The notes below the pieces were generated by a model, which saw nothing but the letters and a program-made list of their open reading frames with translations, searched no databases and had not been told where the DNA came from. A stretch of DNA of 64,000 nucleotides, from positions 24,346 through 88,345 of the forward strand of contig QZIM01000023.1 in assembly GCA_003599055.1 (NCBI GenBank), in the 5' to 3' direction. Shown here piece after piece: positions 14,762 through 23,264 of this stretch (position 1 is its first letter; each line of letters begins with the position of its first letter). The position numbers and the translations under genes were made by a program. Source of the stretch: Candidatus Woesearchaeota archaeon. GTDB taxonomy: Archaea; Nanobdellota; Nanobdellia; Woesearchaeales; ARS49.

Positions 14762-17635
14762 ATGACTGATGAGAACCGCCCGATTGAGGAAGTGCTTGCA
14801 GAGTTAGGCGCGCTCAGTGAAGAGTTGGGTGTATCTGGTGCAAACGAGCCAAGAGGAGATGTCATCGTGCAGGATTCTGAAGAGGATGTGCACGCGCTAA
14901 CGCCTGCTGAAGGGTTTGGTTCTGAGATTGCAAATGCAGGTATGACTGCCGAGTCAGGTGCGCACGGTGCAATGGATGACAGTACACAGATATCTGACGG
15001 GCGGGAAGGTGTGCCGGGCTCCGCGAATGAAGACGGGGTGTCATTTGATGAGCTTGATGCGCATTTGGATGAGAGCGGCATCGTGCCTTTGCCTGGGCCA
15101 ATTGCAGGAGAGGCGCACGGAATTCCTGCACGCGCAGGCTTGGAAACAATTGTTGTCCCGCCGCCAAGCGCAGATGAGGACAAAAGTAGCCCTGAGTCAA
15201 CCCGTGCGGAAAGGTGGGGTGATGCGGTGCGGGTTTCGGGAACGCAAAATACGCACCGGCACGAGAGCAGGGCGTCTTCGCGCGGGTCGGGGACTGATGG
15301 GCAGCGTTCAGTTGAGAATGTGCTTTTTGAGGTTGGGCACGTGATTGATGAGCGGTACAGGATATTACCTCCGTTTGATGGTGCAGAGAGGTCCTATGTG
15401 AGTTCTGGCGCGATGGGTGTTGTGTATAAGACTGAGCGCTCGACGGTTCCGGGAAAAGAGCGCGCGCTCAAGGTGATGATGGGTGTGACGGAGGAGTCTC
15501 AGAAGGAATTGTTGGAAGAGGCGGAGCATTTGGGCCAAATGAACCATCCGAATGTGTGTGATGTGTATGATGCGGGTTTGCTGAAGGGAAAGGATGGACG
15601 GGATTATGTGTATATGGTTATCGAGTTGCTGACAGGAGGGACGCTCTCAAAAAAGTTGAAGGCGGAGCGCGCACCGTCGAGTAAGAAGGATTTGAGGGGG
15701 CGGATTTCGGGGTTGTTTTCAACAGGGCGGGTTTCGCAATCGGAAGTTCACGCGTCAGTGGAGAGGGATTTTGGGCTGTCGCTGATTGAGCAGCTCGCAG
15801 CGGGTCTTTCTGCGGCGCACGCAAAAGGAATTTTGCATCTTGACTTAAAGCCGGATAATGTGCTCTATGATGAGAATGGCGTGCCGAAGCTGATTGATTT
15901 TGGTCTTGCGGGCGTGAGCAATCGGATGCGCGAGTCAGGTGAGCAGAAGTTTGTGGGAACGCCTGCGTATGCGTCTCCTGAGCAGGCGTTGTTTGTTCCG
16001 GAACTTGATGTGCGAACGGACGTGTATGGTCTTGGCGCGGTGTGGTATCACGTGCTTGCGGGAAATTATCCGTTTGCGCATTTGGGAAAGCCGGGAAATT
16101 ATGTTGAGTTGCTTGAGTGGATAGTGCACAGGAATTTGCCTTCTCCGCGTCAATTGAACAGGAAAGTTCCAAAAGATGTTGATGCGGTTGTGATGAAGAT
16201 GATGGCGCGGCATCCTGACGAACGTTATCAATCAATGGACGAGCTTCTCAGTGACATAAAGAGGATTAAGCAGGGTCGTGTTCCGCGTGCGAGAAGGGCG
16301 CCGGTATTGCGCGTGTTTAAGGAAGGGGTGTATTTTGCTGGTTCGCATAAGAAAAAGGTTGGCGCTGCACTTTTGGCGGCTTCGCTTTTGACGGCAAATG
16401 AGGTTCAGAAGTATCAGTATGCGGGTTCTGCGCGCAAGAGTATTGCTGAGGCGCAGGTTCGTTTCAATTCTGTTCAGGATGCGAAAGTGTGGGAGTCGGG
16501 TATTGCGCCTGTTCACACTGATATTGTTGCCGCGCTCAACATCGTGCAGGAAAGGCAGCGGGTTGCGGATGCGTGGGTGAGCGAGCAGGGGACGCCCGAG
16601 GCGATTCGCGCGCAGTCTGAATTGCAGCGTCAGCAGGCACAGCTTGCCGCGTGGCAGCGCGAGGGGTATTCTGCGTTTGTGCGGGCGCAAATGCGTGATG
16701 TCTTGGCAGGGATTGCGGGCTTGCGTGTTTCTTCTGATGGTTTTGTTCCTGATGAAAGTTCTGTTGGGCCGGTGATTTCGCGCGTGAGTGATGTGCGTGA
16801 CCTCGCGGCAGAGTGGGTAAGTAAGCAGGGAACTGCTGAAGCAATTGAGGCACGGCAGAATCTTGAGCGCGAGCTTGCGCGTTTGCAGGGTTGGGTGGAT
16901 GCGGACAGGAAGAGAAGGGAGGCGGAGGCGCGAATTCCCGAATATGAGCGGGCGATGAGTGAATTCAGGTATGTTGAAGCGTATAATATACTGTCTGATG
17001 CAAGGCGGCTCAGTGTTCCTGTTGTTGCGCGGCTAAACGGCGCGCTGGAGGGTTCGCTTGAGGAGCGCGCCGAAGGGAAGTTAAGGGAGGTGCAGTCGCT
17101 TCGTGACCGCGCGGCATCCGAGCGTGGAGAGTACGCCGCGCAGGTGGTGCGCGAGTATGGTGAGCGTTTGCGCGCCCTTGAGGAGCAGCGCGTGCGCCGT
17201 CAGGTTTCAGCTGCGCGTTTTGATGAGGAGAGGCAGGCAGCATATCGTTCGTTGACTGCACGGCTGGATGCGCCAAATGATTCCGCCCGTCCGTATTTGA
17301 ACAGGGTTCCTGTTGCGGATGAGACGAGGGCGCGTTGGCTGCTTGATGCAATGCGCGAGGCAAGTGATGCGGAGGCGTTCGGGAATGCGCTTCGTTCGGT
17401 TCCGGGTTTGGAGAATCAGGCGGAGATTGCGGCAAGGTATTCGCGTCACGGAAGTTTTGTGGAGCGGCTCAATGAGGTGTATCGGCGCGAGGGCAGCACG
17501 ATTTCTGATGAGGAGTATGGGCGAAGGCGCGAGGCGCTTCGCAATCTTTTGCAGGACACGCGGCTCTCTGATGAGGAGTATGAGCAGAGGTGTGAGCAGG
17601 TTATTCGGACAAGAAGGACAAGGAAAATAGGGTAA
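14762..17635 (+). CDS. Hanks-type Ser/Thr protein kinase with acidic N-terminus and long repeat-containing C-terminal extension
   Basis: GAMGVVYK..ALKVM (ATP-binding lysine), HLDLKPDNVL catalytic loop (non-RD), DFGLA, GTPAYASPE. An ~80-aa-spaced internal repeat: WVSEQGTPEAIRAQSELQRQQAQLAAWQ (from 16574) and WVSKQGTAEAIEARQNLERELARLQGW (from 16814). Confidence 0.85.
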   Translation: MTDENRPIEEVLAELGALSEELGVSGANEPRGDVIVQDSEEDVHALTPAEGFGSEIANAGMTAESGAHGAMDDSTQISDGREGVPGSANEDGVSFDELDAHLDESGIVPLPGPIAGEAHGIPARAGLETIVVPPPSADEDKSSPESTRAERWGDAVRVSGTQNTHRHESRASSRGSGTDGQRSVENVLFEVGHVIDERYRILPPFDGAERSYVSSGAMGVVYKTERSTVPGKERALKVMMGVTEESQKELLEEAEHLGQMNHPNVCDVYDAGLLKGKDGRDYVYMVIELLTGGTLSKKLKAERAPSSKKDLRGRISGLFSTGRVSQSEVHASVERDFGLSLIEQLAAGLSAAHAKGILHLDLKPDNVLYDENGVPKLIDFGLAGVSNRMRESGEQKFVGTPAYASPEQALFVPELDVRTDVYGLGAVWYHVLAGNYPFAHLGKPGNYVELLEWIVHRNLPSPRQLNRKVPKDVDAVVMKMMARHPDERYQSMDELLSDIKRIKQGRVPRARRAPVLRVFKEGVYFAGSHKKKVGAALLAASLLTANEVQKYQYAGSARKSIAEAQVRFNSVQDAKVWESGIAPVHTDIVAALNIVQERQRVADAWVSEQGTPEAIRAQSELQRQQAQLAAWQREGYSAFVRAQMRDVLAGIAGLRVSSDGFVPDESSVGPVISRVSDVRDLAAEWVSKQGTAEAIEARQNLERELARLQGWVDADRKRREAEARIPEYERAMSEFRYVEAYNILSDARRLSVPVVARLNGALEGSLEERAEGKLREVQSLRDRAASERGEYAAQVVREYGERLRALEEQRVRRQVSAARFDEERQAAYRSLTARLDAPNDSARPYLNRVPVADETRARWLLDAMREASDAEAFGNALRSVPGLENQAEIAARYSRHGSFVERLNEVYRREGSTISDEEYGRRREALRNLLQDTRLSDEEYEQRCEQVIRTRRTRKIG

Positions 17636-17695
17636 TTGTCTGCACGTGAGTCGTGAAAGGCATTCTTGGCTTTCTTGTGCGGGAAAACCATCAGG

Positions 17696-17732
17696 CTGAG
17701 CACTGATAACCGATAACTGATAACCAACTGCC
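17696..17732 (+). repeat. phased heptanucleotide array
   Basis: ctgagca/ctgataa/ccgataa/ctgataa/ccaactg/cc. The first 25 nt are identical to 21752-21776. It lies between two + strand genes. Confidence 0.8.
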
Positions 17733-17780
17733 TCGTTTAGGCACAAGTTTTTTAAGGAGTTCCTGAAGTCTCGGGGGAGT

Positions 17781-20700
17781 ATGGAGCACCAAGAGTCAAA
17801 GGGCGTGATGCACAATGTCAAAGATGCTGCGAAAAAAGTGCAGCCGGTTGTTTCTTTTGTGAGAAAGCACGCGGTGCTCTTCACGCTGTTATTTGTTCTT
17901 GCGCTGCAGTTTATGCCAAACGGCGGGGGAACGTACCCGTGGGGCGGTATGTATATGCGGATGATGACCAAGGATTTGCCGTTTGCGGATTCCGCGGGCG
18001 CATCGAGTGTGGATAATTATTTGCAGCAGCAGGCAGCGGTTGTGGTCGCGCAGCAGTATCCGAGTTTGCCTGATGCGAGCAGGCAGAATGTGATTGCGGA
18101 TGTGGTGCGAAGGCTTAAGGAACAGCAGGGTGATGCGCTTGCGGGCCAGCAGGGACAAATCGCGCAGCAGGTGCGTGACCATTATCAGTATGAGGTTGAC
18201 GGAAGAAAGTTCAACTATATGCCCGATATTGACCCGTATTATTACTTACGATTTGCAAGGAATATTGTGGAGAAGGGGCACAATTATGATGTTTTGAAGG
18301 AGGGTATTCCGTGGGATACGCACATTTATGCACCGCTGGGGACGGTTGCCGACAGTTCTTGGCACCAGCACGTGTTTGCAGTTTTATATTGGGGCGGCAG
18401 GGTTTTTGATGAGAAGATTACGCTGATGGAGGCGGCGCAGTATTATCCGATTGTGTTTATGCTGCTCTCGATGGTGCTTGCGTTTGCGATTGCGTATCGT
18501 GTTTCGGGCCTCGTGGGCGGATTTTTTGCCGCGCTGATGTTGGGCTTGGTTCCGGCAATGACGGGAAGGACGCTTTTTGGGCACGCGGATACGGATGCGT
18601 ACCAGGTTTTCTTCCCGCTGCTTGTTGTTTGGCTGCTGACGGAAGCGCTCGGGAAAAAAGAGTGGAAGCAGCAGGCGCTGTTCGCATCGCTCACGGGTCT
18701 TGCGATTGCGTCGTACACGAAGTTTTGGTCGGGCTGGTGGTATTTGTTTGATTTTGTTTTGGGCGCGCTTGCGGTGGCGTTCGTTATCGAATTATACCTG
18801 CACGTGAGAAAGCAGAGTGTGCGTCAGGCGATGCACAATGCGCATTTGCGCAAGTTCACGGTTGTGGGCGGCGCGTTCCTTGTTGTTTCGCTGCTTGCGG
18901 GCGGGCTCTTTATTGGGTTTGGCCAGTTTTCGGAGGCTGCGTTTTCTGCGGCGTTCCGGTTTTCTGCGGACTTTAAGGATGCGAGTCACGCGAATTTGTG
19001 GCCGAATGTGTATACGACTGTGGCAGAATTAAACCCATCATCGCTCAGTGCGGTGGTGCAGTCGGTTGGCGGCCCGCTTTTGTTCGCGTTTGCCTGTCTT
19101 GGCATTGTGCTTTTGCTGCTGAAGTTTGATGAGCACGGCAAGGTGGATATCACGTATTCGGTTTTGCTCGCATTGTGGTTTGCGGGAACCGCGTACGCGT
19201 CGCTTAAGGGTATTCGTTTTATTTTGCTGATTGGTCCTGCGTTTGCGGTGGCGTTTGGAGCGGCAGCGGGGCTGCTCTATTATCGTTTGTCTGATTTCGC
19301 GCATAGGCAATTGCACATCGGTAAAAGTATCACCGCGGTGATTTTGGCGCTGATGCTTGGTTTTGCGATTATGGGTCCTGTTTCTGCAGGGCCGCATATT
19401 GTGAGAGACTCGTATGTTGAGGCGACGCGGGATGTGCCGATTGTGAATGATGCGTGGTGGAATGTTTTGACGCGCATTAAGGAGTCAAGTGAGCCGAATG
19501 CAATTATCAACTCGTGGTGGGATTTCGGGCATCATTTCAAGTTTATTGCGGACCGTCCGGTGACGTTTGACGGTGCGGTGCAGAATTCGCCGCAGGCGCA
19601 CTGGATTGGCAGGGTGCTGCAAACGCCAAATGAGGATGAGGCGGTTGCGATTTTGCGGATGCTTGATTGCGGCGCGAACAGCGCGTATGATGTTGCATTT
19701 AACGCGACCAAGGACCCGTATGTCTCAGTTTCGCTGGTAAAGGAAATTATTATGGTTGATGAGGGTGAGGCAAAGGCGCTTGCAAAAGCGGCAAATGTTC
19801 CTGCGGATATCACGCGGTACACGCATTGCAGTCCTCCGGAGAATTTTTTTATCACGTCTGCGGATATGGTGGGGAAGAGCGGTGTTTGGGCGCATTTTGG
19901 CACGTGGGATTTTGCGCGTGCGGAAGTGTGGCAGAAGTGGCGCTTGCTTGATGAGTCTGTGGCGGTTCCGCAGATGATGGACCGGTTTGGCTGGTCGAAA
20001 GAGACGGCTGAGCAAACGCATCGTGATGCGGTTTCTCTTGGCAGTGAGGACGCGGCGAACCAGTGGATTTCGGGTTGGCCGAGTTATTTGGGGAACCCTG
20101 CGGGCTGTGAGCGCGAGGGCGCAATGGCGCGGTGCGGCCAGGTGACGGTAAATCTCACAAGCGGTGACTCTGAAGTGCGGGTAAGCCAGGGTACGGCAAA
20201 GGCAGGCGAGTTGTACGTCTTTGACCGGTTTGGGAATTACACCGTGCGAACGATAAATGGCGGCAATGCCGCAATTGCGGTTGTTCTGTGGCCGTCTGAT
20301 GGCGGCCTTTCAGGTATGCCGGTTGTGCGCGAGCTTGCGGCAAGTATGTTTACGCGATTGTTCTTTATGGACGGGCTTGGAACGCGGCACTTTGACAAGT
20401 TTGCCGAGGACAATCAGCTCTTTGGGGGCAAGATTGTTGCGTGGAAGGTGAATTGGGAGGGCGGCGAGGCGCACGTTCCTGATGCGCTCAGGCCAAAGTC
20501 TGAAGTGGTTGCGGGCGCAAAGGTTCAGTTGGATTACATTGGCTGGACTGAGGATGGTGCGGTCTTTGATTCAAGTATTGTGAACTGGCAGGCGAATAAC
20601 GTGACGAAGGACACGACGTTTGCGGGTGCGGTGACAAAGCCAATCGAGATTACGTACGGGCGTGGCCAGCTGATTGCCGGGTTTGAGAAACAAATCGAGG

Positions 20701-20828
20701 GGATGAAGGCAAACCAGACAAAGACGATTAAGATTGCGCCCGAGGAGGCGTATGGAACCGACCCTGAGGCGCACCCGCTTGGGAATAAGACGCTGAACTT
20801 TAGGATTCGCGTGGTGAGTGTGCAGTGA
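17781..20828 (+). CDS. aglB: oligosaccharyltransferase AglB (STT3 family) fused to a C-terminal FKBP-type peptidyl-prolyl isomerase domain
   Basis: About 13 TM helices, an acidic loop HADTDAY, and the WWDFGH (WWDYG) catalytic motif. The last ~130 aa, KVQLDYIGWTEDGAVFDSS...GRGQLIAGFEKQIEGMKANQTKTIKIAPEEAYG...LNFRIRVVSV, match the FKBP signature. Confidence 0.85.
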   Translation: MEHQESKGVMHNVKDAAKKVQPVVSFVRKHAVLFTLLFVLALQFMPNGGGTYPWGGMYMRMMTKDLPFADSAGASSVDNYLQQQAAVVVAQQYPSLPDASRQNVIADVVRRLKEQQGDALAGQQGQIAQQVRDHYQYEVDGRKFNYMPDIDPYYYLRFARNIVEKGHNYDVLKEGIPWDTHIYAPLGTVADSSWHQHVFAVLYWGGRVFDEKITLMEAAQYYPIVFMLLSMVLAFAIAYRVSGLVGGFFAALMLGLVPAMTGRTLFGHADTDAYQVFFPLLVVWLLTEALGKKEWKQQALFASLTGLAIASYTKFWSGWWYLFDFVLGALAVAFVIELYLHVRKQSVRQAMHNAHLRKFTVVGGAFLVVSLLAGGLFIGFGQFSEAAFSAAFRFSADFKDASHANLWPNVYTTVAELNPSSLSAVVQSVGGPLLFAFACLGIVLLLLKFDEHGKVDITYSVLLALWFAGTAYASLKGIRFILLIGPAFAVAFGAAAGLLYYRLSDFAHRQLHIGKSITAVILALMLGFAIMGPVSAGPHIVRDSYVEATRDVPIVNDAWWNVLTRIKESSEPNAIINSWWDFGHHFKFIADRPVTFDGAVQNSPQAHWIGRVLQTPNEDEAVAILRMLDCGANSAYDVAFNATKDPYVSVSLVKEIIMVDEGEAKALAKAANVPADITRYTHCSPPENFFITSADMVGKSGVWAHFGTWDFARAEVWQKWRLLDESVAVPQMMDRFGWSKETAEQTHRDAVSLGSEDAANQWISGWPSYLGNPAGCEREGAMARCGQVTVNLTSGDSEVRVSQGTAKAGELYVFDRFGNYTVRTINGGNAAIAVVLWPSDGGLSGMPVVRELAASMFTRLFFMDGLGTRHFDKFAEDNQLFGGKIVAWKVNWEGGEAHVPDALRPKSEVVAGAKVQLDYIGWTEDGAVFDSSIVNWQANNVTKDTTFAGAVTKPIEITYGRGQLIAGFEKQIEGMKANQTKTIKIAPEEAYGTDPEAHPLGNKTLNFRIRVVSVQ

Positions 20829-21184
20829 GCGATAATCCGTCAGGGGGTGATTGCGCGCCGTGGGTGTACAATTACACCTCGGGCGGTTATGACTTGACTT
20901 CGGGAACCGGTTGGCTTCACGTGAATACGCGGTTCAGTTCTGTTTCGCTGGTATGGAGCGAAGAAAGGGACGGTTATCGTTGGACGTACCAAGTGGACGC
21001 GACGGGTGGCAGAAGGTGGCGCGCTACAAGAGAAAGTATGGAGTTTAAGGATGTCTCAAGGGAAGAAGCGCAGGCGCGTCTGGGTGCGTATCGCGAGGCA
21101 TTCCAAACCAAGGGGCTTCCGAAAAAGGGCAGGGATTTGGTTGGTACTTTGCTAAAAATTCTTGATGCTGCGCAGGTTAGGTGA
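20825..21184 (+). CDS. hypothetical protein
   Basis: 119 aa ORF whose GTG start overlaps the aglB stop (GTGA). No recognisable motif. Confidence 0.4.
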   Translation: MSDNPSGGDCAPWVYNYTSGGYDLTSGTGWLHVNTRFSSVSLVWSEERDGYRWTYQVDATGGRRWRATRESMEFKDVSREEAQARLGAYREAFQTKGLPKKGRDLVGTLLKILDAAQVR

Positions 21185-21202
21185 ACCGGGTATAAAGGCG
21201 CG

Positions 21203-21412
21203 TTACCTGTCCCGCGTGAAATATTGAATGAATTTGTCGTCAACTTTCTTGGGCCTTCCCGCTTTGCTTTTTGGTTGGGGCGGGGCAAAGACGCGCGAGC
21301 GTACCGTTTCAATGATGTATTCTTGGGGGCTCTGTGCGCGTTCATCTGATTTTTGGATGATTGCGTCAAGGAGTTTTGGGTTAATGGTGAGCTTGAGCTG
21401 TTTGTTTTTCAT
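21203..21412 (-). CDS. ribbon-helix-helix (CopG/Arc-like) DNA-binding protein
   Basis: 69 aa; KLTINPKLLDAIIQKSDERAQSPQEYIIETVRSRV fits a beta-strand / helix / helix RHH layout, followed by a basic tail. Confidence 0.5.
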   Translation of the reverse strand: MKNKQLKLTINPKLLDAIIQKSDERAQSPQEYIIETVRSRVFAPPQPKSKAGRPKKVDDKFIQYFTRDR

Positions 21413-21418
21413 TTGGAA

Positions 21419-21464
21419 ATAAAGTACTGTTTGGTACTCTTAAAGTACTGATAGGTACTTAAAC
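21419..21464 (-). promoter_or_regulatory. tandem 22-nt operator-like repeats in front of the RHH gene
   Basis: AAAGTACTGTTTGGTACTCTTA / AAAGTACTGATAGGTACTTAAA lie directly upstream (7-52 nt) of the start at 21412. Each unit contains AGTACT and GGTACT half-sites. Confidence 0.4.
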
Positions 21465-21543
21465 ATTTCGTTTATTGTCGATAAATCAACGATTGCAAAA
21501 TATTCAATTTTTTTGAATTTTTATTGTATTATGCCCATTCGCT

Positions 21544-21602
21544 CTGATAACTGATAACTGACAACTGATAACTGAACACCGACAACCGGCTGCCAATAAC
21601 CG
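21544..21602 (+). repeat. phased heptanucleotide array
   Basis: ctgataa/ctgataa/ctgacaa/ctgataa/ctgaaca/ccgacaa/ccggctg/ccaataa/ccg. Confidence 0.85.
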
Positions 21603-21603
21603 T

Positions 21604-21711
21604 TTACGAAAGAACAGCCATAACAACAACCCGTCCGCTGACGATGAGGACGAGGCCGAAGATGGCAAGGACTGCGACGATGCTGGCGACCGCGAGCTTG
21701 ATTTGTTCCAT
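21604..21711 (-). CDS. 35-aa hydrophobic micro-protein (candidate)
   Basis: AGGTGAacaATG start; MEQIKLAVASIVAVLAIFGLVLIVSGRVVVMAVLS*. A single TM. Too short for the ORF track. Flanked on both sides by heptad arrays. Confidence 0.35.
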   Translation of the reverse strand: MEQIKLAVASIVAVLAIFGLVLIVSGRVVVMAVLS

Positions 21712-21751
21712 TGTTCACCTTTTTTCTGGACGCGTTTTCTTTTTTTTCTTT

Positions 21752-21830
21752 CTGAGCACTGATAACCGATAACTGAAAACTGACAACCGACCACGAACTA
21801 CCAACTGCCACCCGCTAACCGCCAACCGCC
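21752..21830 (+). repeat. phased heptanucleotide array
   Basis: ctgagca/ctgataa/ccgataa/ctgaaaa/ctgacaa/ccgacca/cgaacta/ccaactg/ccacccg/ctaaccg/ccaaccg/cc. The last units encode the stop (cta 21815-21817) and the C-terminal ..AVGG of the DHH gene. Confidence 0.85.
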
Positions 21831-22933
21831 TTCTTGCTCAGTGTAATGAGCCGTTCTTTAAATTCTTTGAGGTGTTTTTTGGGAAATCCCGCTCCTGCTG
21901 CGGGTGCGTGGCCGCCTGCGTTGCTTTTTTCAAAGCCGTTCACTGCTTGGCTGAGGAGTTCGTTGACGGGATATTTTTTGTCGCTTCTGCGTGCAGATAC
22001 TGAGATGGGGTCTCGTGTTTTGTTGATGATGATAATCGTGCGGTTTGGGTATTTGAGTCCGAGGATGGTGCTGATGGGGGAGTGGACGTGGTATTTTGAG
22101 GTCATTTCGTAAATGTAGAGGGGCATTTTGCCGTGTTTTTCTGCCTTTTTGTCAAACGCGGCAATGTGTTTTTTGATTTCGCCGTCGATTATTTTTTTGT
22201 ATTTGCCGTATTTGCTTGAGGTAATGTCTTCATAAGTTTTTGCAGAGAGGAATGTGGTGAGCATTCCGGGGACGAGTTTGCGGTCAAAGACTTCGGTTGA
22301 GGAGACGGTTTTGGAGACGTCGCCGATTGGCGTGTTGAAGAGGTCAGTGCTGTTCAGGCTTTTGGGCGTGATGCCGTATTTGGAGAAGACGTGTTTGAGC
22401 CATCCTTCCCAAGGGGCGGTTGCAATGTCTGCGATGCACGCGGCTGCGGCCATCCAGTCGAGGTCTTCGATGTCAACAACGCGTGCTGCTGCATCGTACG
22501 CAAGTTTGCCTGTGCAGTAGCGTGCGGGGTCGATGTCGCAAAAGAGGTGCGGCTTGTACAGGATGGTTTGGTCTGAGGTAACGTCACCGCAAAGTTTGTG
22601 GTGGTCGATAATGAGGATTTTGCAGGTTTTTTCAAGGTCTTTGATGACGTCGGGCTGTTCTTCGAAGCTGAAATCGCACGTGATGAGGATGGTTGTTTTT
22701 GCAGCCTTGATTTTTTTGATGGTTTCAGGGGTAACTGAGTGGGTGGTTTTGTCTAAGGGAATTGCAAGGTCTATTTTTTTGGAGCGGATGCGTTCAATGC
22801 AGCGCGCAATAATTGCGGAAGAGCAGATACCGTCGGGGTCAGTGTCGTGCACGAGGGTAACGGTGTCGGCAACCGTGATGTCAAGGAGGAATTGGTCGAT
22901 TCGTTCAAGGAGTATTTCGTTGGTGATGGTCAT
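21815..22933 (-). CDS. DHH/DHHA1-family phosphoesterase (RecJ/NrnA-like)
   Basis: Motifs HDTDPDG, IIDHHK (DHH) and GGHAPAAG (DHHA1 GGGH). ATG 22933 is preferred over the track's TTG 22945; TATA TTTATATT lies about 27 nt upstream. Confidence 0.8.
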   Translation of the reverse strand: MTITNEILLERIDQFLLDITVADTVTLVHDTDPDGICSSAIIARCIERIRSKKIDLAIPLDKTTHSVTPETIKKIKAAKTTILITCDFSFEEQPDVIKDLEKTCKILIIDHHKLCGDVTSDQTILYKPHLFCDIDPARYCTGKLAYDAAARVVDIEDLDWMAAAACIADIATAPWEGWLKHVFSKYGITPKSLNSTDLFNTPIGDVSKTVSSTEVFDRKLVPGMLTTFLSAKTYEDITSSKYGKYKKIIDGEIKKHIAAFDKKAEKHGKMPLYIYEMTSKYHVHSPISTILGLKYPNRTIIIINKTRDPISVSARRSDKKYPVNELLSQAVNGFEKSNAGGHAPAAGAGFPKKHLKEFKERLITLSKKAVGG

Positions 22934-22962
22934 GGTGTTTCTCAAGTGGAGGTGAATATAAA

Positions 22963-23135
22963 TTGGCGCGAGAATGAGTGGGGGTTCGCGCCAATGGGTT
23001 GGGGGGATAAATCATTGTGAATGTAAAGTGGCAGGCCCCGAAGGACCTACCGTGTGAGTGTGGGCCTTTTGGGCCCTGTGTTGTGATACGCCAGTGTGAT
23101 TGAAGGCGTGGTGCGCTGCACCATTCTTCATAGAT
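22963..23135 (-). ncRNA. candidate structured non-coding RNA (class unknown)
   Basis: A 300-nt gene-free gap. On the minus strand, TATATAAATA (23151-23160) is followed by four hairpins: GGTGC-AGC-GCACC (23110-23122), GGGCC-CAAAA-GGCCC (23062-23076), GGTAGGTCC-TTCG-GGGCCTGCC (23030-23051; UUCG tetraloop, with G-U pairs that form only on the minus strand), and TTGGCGCGA-N14-TCGCGCCAA (22963-22994). Boundaries are guessed. Confidence 0.25.
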
Positions 23136-23209
23136 ACTCTTGTGGCGCAATATTTATATATACTTTTGGTACAGATGGTACGACAGTACGGCAGTTTTTG
23201 CGGTTCAGT

Positions 23210-23251
23210 TCATTAACTGATAACTGAACACCGATAACTGATGACTAAAAA
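23210..23251 (+). repeat. phased heptanucleotide array (short)
   Basis: tcattaa/ctgataa/ctgaaca/ccgataa/ctgatga/ctaaaaa, directly upstream of the SD/ATG of 23265. Confidence 0.7.
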
Positions 23252-23264
23252 AGAGGTGTGTTGA

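Noticed and set aside
21466-21540. AT-rich tract with small inverted repeat (ATTCAA-T5-TTGAAT) as a replication origin/DUE
   Set aside because: It is short, has no ORB-like repeats and is not adjacent to an initiator gene. It is more simply the promoter and leader region of the RHH gene.
21504-21811. Two 96-aa minus-strand ORFs from the track (21504..21794, 21521..21811)
   Set aside because: Both are read-through translations of the heptad arrays (repetitive SVISYQLSV-type peptides) with no RBS. The only plausible coding unit here is the 35-aa SD-preceded micro-ORF in the third frame.
23030-23051. SRP RNA helix 8, because the + strand reads CAGGCCCCGAAGGACC
   Set aside because: The loop is CGAA rather than a GNAR closed as in SRP. 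The 3' side lacks the AGCA loop. The stem contains C-A mismatches on the + strand but G-U pairs on the minus strand.
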